64,000 bases of DNA from Candidatus Omnitrophota bacterium (GTDB taxonomy: Bacteria; Omnitrophota; Gorgyraeia; Duberdicusellales; 4484-171): contig WJJJ01000021.1 of the NCBI GenBank assembly GCA_014729775.1, positions 24,788 to 88,787 of the forward strand. Direction: 5' to 3'. The position numbers and the translations under genes were made by a program. This document shows positions 40,401-52,400 of this stretch, piece after piece; the first letter of the stretch is position 1; the number at the start of each line of letters is the position of its first letter. The notes under the pieces are model-generated. The model saw nothing but the letters and a program-made list of their open reading frames with translations. It did no database searches and had not been told where the DNA came from.

Positions 40401-43400
40401 ATACTCCTGACCGCAAAATCTTCGCTTAAACGGCGCGAATTTACTCATTCCTGCCGGCAGCAGACTCATTGATCCGAACCAAGGCGACCGATATGCGTGC
40501 CAGAGGCGGTAATTCTCCCGATTTGGTTTCAGCATCACCGCCCCGCTCTGTCCCCGTTTCCGGCGGCGCAGCACCACATTGAGACCCGGCCCGGATATCG
40601 ATACGTCTGTCACCTCGAACTGCTCCTCCAGCACGTCGAACGCCTTCGTGATTTTCAACCGGTTCCCGTCCAAATGATCGGCCCTCACCCCTCCGCGGAG
40701 GAACGTATACACCACACGCTCGACCGGCTCCTGCAGGGCATCCGCGACCGCGCGCACAAGACAATTCCTCCTAAGCTCAAACGGCACCCTTCCTGCTCCG
40801 CCGCGGGAAACGAGATACAATCCCGCTGAATACCGGATCTTTATGACAAAACGTCCCGTAGCGCGGCAGGCCGCGGCAAAAATTTGCCGTTCAGGCCTAT
40901 ATTCCTGAGGAACCGCGGCAATGCCCTGCTGAACCGCAATCGAGTATAACTGATGGAAAAACCCGCGATCGAACAATATCCTTTTTTGTTCGGCCTCGCG
41001 TAAAAGTTGCGCTAATTCCCGGGGATGATGAGAATAATATTCTTCACTGAAACAGCACGCCTTTTCATGTCCGGTACCAACCGCATAGCACGGACACACA
41101 CGGCCGGCCCCTGCCTCCCGGCGGCGCCTGTTTACCTCGCGATCCTGAGCAAGATGACGGAGCTCTAATTCTTCATGACGGTGCACATCGGCGAGTATTT
41201 CACTGCCGGGGTCCCTTCGAATCAATTCAAGCACTTGCCAGTGCACGGTGAAGAGAAGCCGTTTCACACTGTAATCAATCGAAACAAGCGGCGCGTATTT
41301 GTAAGGAACTACCCGCACCTCAATCGCTTCCGCCGGGGGCGCGTGGGGAAGAAGTCCTTCCAATAATTCTTTCACATATTCCTTGGCAAAATACCTGCCG
41401 AAAAACTGCCCTGGCAATGCTCCTTGAACACGGAAATCGCGGCGATCACTGTTTTTCGCGAATGTGACCGGCGGCTTCAAACTCCGCTTCCCGGCACACG
41501 CGGCGTAACAAATTCGTCCCGCGCGGGAAAAAGGCTCTCTTTCTGTGAGGGGACTGGAGCCGCCCCGGTGACGGAAAAGATCAGTGAACTGAAGGGTAGT
41601 GAGCTGATGCGGACGCTTTCCAAAATATTCGTATCCGGCGCTCTCCAGCACATAGCTATTTCGCGCAGTCCGGAAATGAGGAAGGCCCAACCGGCTCTTC
41701 GCGTGTGACCGCAGCACATATACCATCCCTCTGAGGTTATAAAACCGGTTTCCCCTGTCGGGAATATCAGAAGAAATGCTCACTGCGCCTGCCCCGCTTA
41801 TGGAAACAAACACATTACTTAACATTACGCCGTATGCGGCAAGGCCGCCGTACACGCCGTAATGAATCGCGCCGATATACACCGGCCGGTTCTCCCGCGG
41901 CATGATCTGCGTGACCCCGTCCTCGAGAGTACAAGTCTGGAACGCGATTCGGTCCGACAACTGCCGCGTACGCGGATGATGCGCGATATACCCGGAAACC
42001 GGCAGCCGATCCACGCCAACAAGATTACCGTTCAAAAATTCAAGCAGATTGGTTCTCCCACTGGATAACGCATCGGCAAAAAACCCCTCCACGTCGGGAC
42101 ACACGGGGCTGCGCAAAGTGAACATATCTTCCTTATCTTCCCGGTATGCTCCCGGAAACATAGATGAATGCCCGCAGCGCCGGAAAAAATTCGAAATCAA
42201 ATACTCAGTATGAAAAAACCTTGTTCGCGACCACGAATCTGGGTGAAGCGGATAAAACCGTTCCCGGCTCAAATAATTTTCCGCGGCCGCGATGATTTCC
42301 CGTCTGAGCGGGATATCCTGATTTTTTATTCTCATCAAAACCTGCAACGCGCTTCTCCGCACTCGAGCAGAAAACGGCCGCCTGGTGGCCGACAGCAGCG
42401 CTCTGATTACTTCCGGATTCATCCGGTCCTCATCACTTAAAGAAGTTAAAGCCATCCACACTTGATGAGAATGGCCCGGAACCGGATCCGTCAAAATTCG
42501 CACTGCTTTATGTTCGGGAACACGTCCATCCCGGGGAATAGCGCTGTCCGGATATATGGGACCGGGAGAGGAGCTGGTTCCGCTCTCTGACGATACCCGT
42601 TCAGGATTCAATCCTTTGCTTTCCGCGATCTCTCTCAAGGCCGACTCCGCCGGGCCCTTAATCTGGCGAATGCGTTCTCTGGTAACTCCAACTCTTTCTC
42701 CCGCCGCCTGCAGCGTCAGCACTTCTGCATCCTCCCCGATCGCAACCCGGATACGACTGATTACAGATAACTCGCATACCTGCAAATCACGCTCGGGATC
42801 CTTCCGGTTCCGGAATATCTCGCGCAAACGCGCCCGCAGCTCTTTAATAATCTCCCGGCCTAAGGCGTGGACACCCCGAACCTCTTCCTCAGTATCGGGT
42901 TTCGCCTCAAGGTCTTGCAGGACGGTATGACGGTCATCGAAATCCTGCCCTCCCCCGGGCTGATCCAATGAAACCGCGCCTCTGTGCCGGACCAGGTAAC
43001 TGTCGATTTGCTGCACAGGCACCCCGGTTACCTCGGAAATCTCTGCCGGGGACAACAGCCCGGTGGAAAGCTCTATATTATGCTCCCGGCACAGGTTTCT
43101 TAGTTTCCTGTCTTTTTCCTGCTGAGACGTAGGAGTCCGTACTATATGTTTCTGTCCCTGGATTTCCCGGGTAATCACTTGGCGGATCCACCAGCTCGCA
43201 TAGGTCGAAAATTTGTATCCGGTTTGGAATTCATAACGCGGAATTGCTCGGTATAAACCGATATTCCCCACACTGATCAATTCCATCAACGTAAACGGAT
43301 GACGAAGATACTTTTTTGCAAATTTTACTACGAGGCGGAGATTGGAATTCCATGCCTCGGTATGAGACTGCCTGTTCACCCGGCGTTCCTCGGTCCTGTT

Positions 43401-46400
43401 CGGCACAAAACTGCGCTGATACCAGGAAATGACCCGTTTCACTTCATGTAGCGGCATATCCGCAGCCTGAGCGACACGTTCATACGGGAACGGCCGCTGC
43501 GAAAGTTTCACTCTTTCTTCTTTGCACGCTTGTAATACCGCTTCATCCTGTTCTGCAAACCGAGCGCGCATCGAGAAAAACCCCTCTCCTAACCTGGTCA
43601 GCAAAGGAATCTGCGCAATCTTTTCCAAATACAGTTTCACATCCGATTCAAATCCTGAGGAATCTCCGGATACCGCCCGCGTCGCCTGCTCAGATACGGG
43701 ATGGAACAAATATTCAGGAGAAACCTCCATTTCAAAAAATGCCCGGCCGGCGCAATATACCTGTTCCTCGTATGGACCGCGATAATCAAGGAATTTAGCC
43801 GCTTCAAGAGCGCACGTCAGGGCCGCATCGTAATCCTCTTCGATCACAAGAAGCTGGGCCAAATGCGACCTCCGCCACATGCACATCGGATCACGGGCAC
43901 GCGAACGCATCGCCGAGGCAAACGTGTGTTCCGCGTCCGCGGTATGAGTATCCAGACGGAGCAGGTGTCTGCCGATCCAATCGGCATTTTTCGTCTGGTA
44001 AGGACTCCTTTTCTGCGGGATCGCGTACACGCGGGTATGCTGGCCCCCGATCGATCCGGAACAAAGCAGATGCGCTTTATCCAATGCTTCTAAATCATCA
44101 GCGACAGCCGCGCGCGATATCCGCGGGGCAAATTTCGCGGCAACTTCGGAAATAGTCACCCATTTCATTCCATCGGTTTTTTTTCCGATGAGCCGCTGCG
44201 CTTCTTTATACACGCGGGCTCTGCGTGCATAAATAGCGGGAAGGCGCGGCTTTTTCTTCTTGCCCGGGTATTCTGAACCGGCAGGAGAACTTCCGCCGGT
44301 ACGCCCAGAATTGAAATCCGCATCCGTTATTCTTGTACCTTCTTTGCTAATTGGGCTAAAACGTTCTGAAGTCTCCAGTGAGACTTCCGTACGCACTCGT
44401 GATCTTCCCTGCACACGCTCGTTGTGATAACGGATCCTGCCGTTATAATCCCCCACGATGACATGCCACGCCTCATTCGTCCCTAATCCGGTACCTGCCG
44501 CTCTCCCGCCGGTATCTATGCGTTTAGTAGTATTCAGATTAAAAATAGCCTGCCGCCCGGTGCGAGGATCCTGCGCAAGAAGATCTGCGCTGATAGGCTC
44601 TCCGTAATTGACAATGTCGATCACCATAGACGGAGAATCTTTTACGGAGAAGGCACGCACTTCAACTCCAGGTGCACCGGGATACGTATGCTGGCGCGCG
44701 TTGACGATCAGATTGTATAACGCGCTCATAAGCGATCTGCGCCGCCCCAGGACATACCTGTAAAAAATCTTATATCCGATCATGAAATTCACCTCTTTGA
44801 AATACGCCTTCAGGTCGGTGATAAGCTCTCCTATCGAAATCCATTCCGTATATTCGTCCGAACAATCTACATCGGCAATACCGCACCCGATTTTTGCCCG
44901 CGCTTCCGCCAGGGCCACGATTGCCTTATCCAAGCCATCTCGCGGCTCTCCCCGCACGGTATCCCTTAAGGAGAATACACGTTGATAATAATATTTGAAC
45001 ACGCCGTCAGCGCGTTTAAGTGCGCGGAGAAACCACTCGGGGTGCCGTTCCTGCAGTAAACATAAACGGGAAGCCCATCCCCCGACCGCGCATACCGATT
45101 CGACATCTCTTTTTAAACGGGACAACGTCACAGTAATATTCCCCAACTCCCGCGAGATACCCGGGAATTCATGCGCCACTCTGGATAAATACATTTCCGC
45201 GCCGGAAACCCCTTGCGCAAAATCCCATAACGCCGCACCGTGAGTTTGCCGGCGAAGGACAACTCCGGTCCGCTCAATTCTGACGGTGGATGCATCGGCC
45301 GGCGCGCGCAGGTCAAAGAAGCACCCGCCGTTTCTGGTCACCGCCTGCTGCTTCCTGCGGAGAAGGTCCGCAGGCTCTCCGGCCGCGTGGATATACACCA
45401 GCCGCTCTGCGCATTCGCCCGCCTCCTTATCGATACGCAGGGGTGAATTCCGGCCGGCGAACGATCTCTGCCTTTCTCTCCGTTTCGACACATATGCCGA
45501 GTACGTGCGGGTGCTGTACCATTCCTCAAATGCCGGAGCGATCCCGGTCGACGCCAGCACGTAATAAAACTGCTCCGGAAGATACAGGACGATATCCACC
45601 GAGCTCAAGAACCCTTCCATCCGTCTCGCGAATTCATTCAACGCTCTCATAATTCCGATTTTCCTTTTCTCTCCGAACCGCTCGGCTCCTCGTGCGTCAA
45701 AAATAATAATCGGTTCGACAGTAGGAGATGAAACCTTCCTGAAGACCTTTACGTCTCCCCCCAGCCAAAGGGTAAGGCCAAACCCCATCGCCTCGAATAT
45801 CCTCCGGCAGGCACGCAGGTTCTCGTACGCCCGGCCGGGCATAAGCTCACTCAACACGTCTCTGTAGCGGTTTGCCAGCAGCACATCACATTCCGCAAGA
45901 TCGAATCTGGTAATAAACTCCAGATCTTCATCGTCGGACATGTCCGGGTCGGTATGTTCTATCACGACAATCGTATCGTCTACGCCGACGATCCTGTCAA
46001 GATATCTCTGCAGCGCTCCTTCAAAATCAAAGTTTTCCATGATCGTATCGGCATCGTCTTTGTAGAAGAATTCGGCGTTTTTCAACAAGTGGAAACGGGG
46101 ACGCGCGAAAAGCAGAGAGAACATATCTACGGTATCCGCGATCACTCCCGTCTCGTTAAAATCGCGGATATGCGCTTCCGTATGGAGATTTCTCCGTATC
46201 GCGTCTTTATCAAGCATATCGGATGGAGTAAACCCGTAATGAGGAAGCATACGATCTAATACAAATCGCGTACTCGGTCCGCACCCCTCTATCTCAATCC
46301 CGGATACCTGCTCCCAGATAAACTGATCCGGCCCGTTACAGACGGAGATCACCTTCCCTTCCTCCGGTTCCGGAAAAGCGCCGATACGGATAAGCAGTTT

Positions 46401-49400
46401 GATCAAAAGACGATAGGCATTGGCCATATGTACCGCCTTCGGATACTCTGATCCATCCTGATCGCGCGGCATAAAAGAGAGTTCTTTTATCTTTTCCGTC
46501 ATTTCGACGACGTTCACAAACTGCTCAACAAGACTCGCCGGAGACACAGAGTACGGGCCCAAGGAAACTGCATCTGTCTTCTTTTCTGCGTTCGCCGGAA
46601 CGGCCAGCACTGCCAGTGTTCCCATGCCGGGTGAGCTGGCCTCTTTGTATGGCAATAAATACTCTTCCGATGTATTACGGTCTAAAAATGAGGTTAATCT
46701 CTTTTTCTCCGACTGCCATTTTCCTTTTAATAACTTCCCAAATCGACTAGTCTTAGTTGTTTTGGGAAGCTTTATATCTGTAGAAAGCTCGAAATACTCA
46801 ATGGCATTTTCAGGATGCACGACCAGCGGGGGCAACCCGGCCCTCACCAACAGAAAGCTCACCACCAGAGCGCCCGTTCTATGGTTCCCTTCAATCAGCA
46901 ACTGCGGCGGACTTAAAATCCGCAGGTACACTCCCGCCGCTCTTTTTCGCGCGTTTTTTTTCTTGCGGTTCATATATTCCGCTACCGGCACACCGGCAGA
47001 GAACACCTTCTGTTGCGTGGCTTGTACAAATTTATGCTCCTGCATCTGCAGTCTCCCATCGTTCCCAAAATGACAAAGCAAATTAAGTTTCAAGACATCA
47101 TTCAAATCCAATTTTCTTTTTTTGAGAAGCAACTCATTCACATACTCGTACCCGGCTATTAACCTATACATGACTTCGTCAGTGAAATCATCGCGCTGCG
47201 ACGAAAGCTGCCGGTTGATCGCGGGAAACCCTTTTTGCAATTCTGAAAAAGAATTTCGTACAGCGGGTATGTCAATGACATATACCGGTAAAGGAGCCGG
47301 GGAACTGCTTGGTCTATCCCGGGAACTTTGATCCAGTATCATCTGCCGCAAATGCCTGGCCCATTCGTTACCATGCCGATTGATATGGCGCTGTAACGCT
47401 TCGAGCACCTCCGCTTCGTGCGATTTGGCGATATCCATAAGCGCCCAGCTTGCACAGTCACTTCGATGAGGAGGCGGATATCCCACTGCCCAGGCCAACG
47501 CACCTATCGCTTCGGTACCCATGGTGATCAGCTCCCGTTTTATGTCCAACCGCTCCGACCAGGAAGAATTGTCCAATTTATCCAACAACCTTTCTGCTTT
47601 CCAAGCGTTCTCCTCGACCGGAGATCCGGAAAAACCAGAACGCAGCAGCTCCGAAAGAACCGTTTCATGCGCGCACACGATATCCTCATGCCCAAACCGT
47701 TCCAGCACGAACTCCCGGCCGGCCCGTCCCATTATTCCCGCGCGGCACGGCGACCGCAGCAGCATTTTGAGCGCCCGCGCCAGCGATCCGACGTCCGCCC
47801 GGCTGAAAAACCGGTTCCGCCGGCGGTTCACCTCCACAAGCAGCCCGGTTTCATCCGGCACAAACGCTTCCAGGTTTCCTCCTTCACCGGTAGCCACCAC
47901 CGGTGTTTCCATGGCCTGCGCCTCAAGCAGAACCCCGGAAATCCCTTCATTAAACACCGTGGGGAACGCGACAATGGACGCTACTTCAAAATATTCCCGC
48001 ATCTTTCTGCGAGAACTGACTGGCTCATCGATCCGCACTTCATGACGTAAGTCATTTACTTCCATGTATTTGAGTATTTCATTCAGGTATCCGGGACGGT
48101 ACGAATCACCCAGAAGGATCACTTGAAAGCGGAATCCGCAATAGCGCAACAACCGTGCGGCCTTTACCAATTCCAACGCGCCTTTGGTCGGCACGATCCG
48201 GCTGGGTGCAAGGATCACCGGATCGCCGTTTAATTGCAGACGGGCACGGATCGCCGGCCTTTTCTCCGGCCCAGGGACAAACACGCGTAAATCCCGCAAG
48301 CACGGAATATGCACCGCGTCCCTGCCGTATTTCAGGCGCGCGTCCTCGACGCCTCTTCGGGACACGGTAATCAACACATCGGCCGTCGCCGCCAGTTCAT
48401 CGAGATTCCGTTGAGGATTACTTCCGTGGGCGATCAGCTCCCCCTCATGCCACTGGACGAGCACCGGGATCTGCCGGGAACGGGCAATGCGGGCGATTTC
48501 CACCGCATACGTGCTTTTAGGACTGTGTACGCGCACAGCATCCACGCCAGGCCGGCCCGGCTCACCCATGATATTGGCAGCACGCGCAATCAATTCATCT
48601 CTATTCCACTGCATAAACTGGCGGTATGGATGGTGCACAATATGCGCGTCCGCGACGCGTTCGGTAAAGTCACAAACGGAATCACCCCGCGGCACCTCAT
48701 ACAGAACGTGAGTGCGAAGACCCGGATTGCGCTCGGCAAGCGCGTGATTCAATACATTCAGATGTACAGCCTGACCCGTAGGGCTCATGTAATGGTTGGT
48801 CATCATCAGAATACGTTTCCCGGAAAGCGCGGAGACTAATGCCTGGCGCGATACATTCGGAGAAGAAGCGGATTGGAACAAAGATTCAGCGCGAACCACA
48901 GGCTCCAGGGTACGTTGTCTCACCCGCTCAATTTCTTCAGAACCAAGATCGCGATGAGTAAACGCAAGGTACTCGGCCATGTCCATGCGGTAACGGCTCA
49001 TAAAGTCGCTTGCCGAGTATCGGCCGTAATCGCTGAGCGCATCAGCGTGAAAATCCGGATCACCAAAATAATACTCTGCCTGCAGGTACCGTTTCGGCTC
49101 GTTCCCGGGCCTTTTGATCATATCAAGCACCCGGCGGGCATTCTCCTGCCAGGAAGATATCATAAACAGGTCTAAATGCGTAACCTTATGTTCGGGCAAC
49201 TCAATAAACAAACGCCAGGCTGAGGGCGTGAGCTGAATCAATTTACCCGGCCTGAAAAGAACTCCCGACCTCTCCAATAGTTCGAGCATTATCGATAAAA
49301 ATAGTTCCGCATCCGGCATCGACTCTGCGGCAAGGCCCGGGTATCCCGAAAGACCGGCTCGCTCATCCACCAGTATAACATCGATATCACTTCCCAATCG

Positions 49401-52400
49401 TCGCAGATATCTGGTACTGCCGACTATCGACGCGCACGATCCGTTCTGAGTTTTCGCGGTAAAGGAAACCGCGTCTCCTATCGCGGTAATGGTGGAAAGC
49501 TCCTCCTGAACTGATATTTTGCTCGCAGGCGAACTCACGGGTAAAGGATCCAATATACGCGATTTCATCTTAACCGCCAGAGAAGGAGTGCCGGTGCGGC
49601 GATCCCCCACCGTACGGTGAAAAAACGGCAGACGAGCCAGCCGGAATTCTTTTAAATTTTCCATCTGCCCGCGAGTGTAGTACGCATATGCCCTCCGGTA
49701 GGACACTTCGTCACCGAAGTAGTATTCAAAACCTACGTAATGACGTAACGCGACGGGACTGTCGTTTTCCGGAGAAAGCTCGTTTTCTGCGTATCCCCGG
49801 AGCCACAGCGCAAGCGCGGCCCGCCCGGCCAAATCGTCGAGTGTGCCCCAGGCAATGTTGACCTGAATAATTGTGGTATCGGACAGGCGGAAAAGTTGAT
49901 AGGCCTGCGTCTCCTTCCCGAAGATAATGGGCCGGCTCACATATTCCAGTATCCGCTCCTTCGCGTTCACGCGACTGCGAAATGAAGAGAGAAAATCAAT
50001 CCCCGCGGGTGATTCGATCATGATATCCAGACTAAGATACCCTCTGCCGTTATCCCGTCCGCGGACAATGCGTCCCTGTAAATACTGGACACTGCCCACC
50101 AAGTACGCCTGCCCGCCAATATGATTCGCTGAGCGCTCGGCAACATTTCCTAAAGAAGACACATCAAACCTTCCGTCGGCATACAGCGATCCGGCGGGCG
50201 AACTCGACGCCGGCTGGTTCCCGGTTCCTTGAAGCTTTTTGATACGGCGTGCAATACGGTCGATCCGGTCCCCGTATACGTCCATAAAGTCATGTATCTG
50301 CGTGACGCTCCTCATCACCGCACTAATCTGCCGGCTCCACCACGGCCACAATTCTTCGTAACCTACGTTCTTGGCGATCGCATGATCAACCGCCCTTTCT
50401 ATATCATCGATCGACGCTACGGCAGGAAACCGGTAAATCTTCGAAGCCGGTTTCTTCTTTCGGGTTGTTTTCTTGCTCACGGCTTCCTTCTTAGCTTTCT
50501 TCTTTTTCACCGTTTTCTTCTTCGACACTTCAGGTGTGCTGGCCCCAATCGCAACCAGACCCGCTCCTTCATCAATCGCCGCGGCGATCTCCGCATTCGT
50601 GAGAGGCTGCGCGCGCAGGTACGTTTTCAAATTGAACTGCGACTTACATTTCCAATTTACGTACCGTTTTCGGGATACTCCTCCCCGCTCAAGAATTTCC
50701 CTGACGGACTCTTCGCTCACGCGGTTTCGGTTGGCAGTTAACTGCGCTGCCGCTCTGCGAATCCGGCCTTCAATCGTTGTAAGGAACATCCTTTCCCGAA
50801 CGGCCTGAACGCGATGGTCATCCTGGTACCGCTTCAACCAGTCATTCATGGTAGTCACATCAATTCCGACATCTCGTGCCAGACCAGCCTGCGTTATCGT
50901 CTCTCCCGGATCAGCGGCAATACGGCGGCTGATCGCTTCGTGCAGTTGTACTGAACGTTGTTCGAGGTTTTCCTCAACGCGTGATGCCTGCCGGACGGAA
51001 TGACCCTTCAACTCAACACCCAGAACATCAGTCGCCTGCCCGGAACGTTCACGATTCAGTTTAGCAACCAGTTTCCTGATTTGCCCCACGGATAAAGGAC
51101 ATTCTTCATCGGCAGCGACATCGGCAGCATACACATGCACTTTGCGCTGTCGTATCCTGGCAACCGCGGCCCGAATAAGAGGGATCTTTTCGGAATCGCG
51201 ATATTTCCCTGAAGAAACAGAGCTGGAAGAACCGATCTCTGCCTGAGGAACTTCGTGCAGGAACACATCTCTGCTCCACTCGTAATACGGGCTTGTGTTG
51301 GATAGAGATTCCCTTTCCGCAATATACTTACTTTCCGACATAAAATCAGCAGAATCGGATGGAACGAGGGGAGTGCTATCCGCGCCGGCACCAGTCACTT
51401 CAATTAGTACAGGCGATCCCGAAGAACGAATCGTGGACGTAGTAGAGAGCGGTTCACGCACAGGCGCAGAAGGTACGGTAACGTTTTTAAAAAACTCCGA
51501 CTGCCCGCGCGCATAGACCTCAAAATTTCGGAAAGGAATAAATAAATCAATACCTACATGAGAATACGGAGGAGCCCGAGAATAGCCGTAACTGTACTGA
51601 TTGCCAATAATGATTTCTTCCGCCCCCCATTCAAAACGGGCTTGCGCTCCGGGAAAAAATCCGCGGTATATCAGATCCCGGACGATAGAAAGCCCGGCTC
51701 CCTTGCCGCTGAACCGGCGCTTACGCCTTGATTTGGTAAACCGGTACTGGCTGGCCATGTCAAAACAAGGCAATCGATGGGTTACCGGCAGCGGGTTGTG
51801 CAACACGGCGGAAAGTTCACGGTTATTATCATTCTCTATCCGCACCTCATACTTACCCTGCGGAGCAAAAGAGTATTCTCCGCGAGCCGCGCAGTGCAGG
51901 GCCCGCATCATGCGCCCCGTAACGCCCTCATAGGCATGGGTGAAGTTCTTGACGAGTTCCCATAGCATAAAGACGGCTACTCCGCTTGTCGTAAATTCCG
52001 TCAGCGGGAGCGAAAGCTCATCATTCAATTGGGAGATAAATATTCCGGAAGGAATGTCGTTTCTTGGTAATCCCCATTCAAGAATAATCGGCGCGAACTC
52101 ACGGCGGAATTCTTTTATCGCCGCGCGGGGGCTGACATACGCGTTCCGGTCAGCCCGGGTACGGCTGATCACCGCGCTGGAAGACACATCCTCAGCATCC
52201 ATGTCCCACGAATTCTCCGTAAGAACCGGAACCTGATGCGGCAAATACTCAGTTATTTTCCCTGTATTAATAAAAGAAATATCTACATTATACTCATATT
52301 GATCCTTCTTCTCATTTAACTGTTGGGGGTACAAGCGCCAATAGGCGCGCACCGCTTCCAGAGGCACATCCCGGTATACCAATACCGCCCGGGGCAGATG

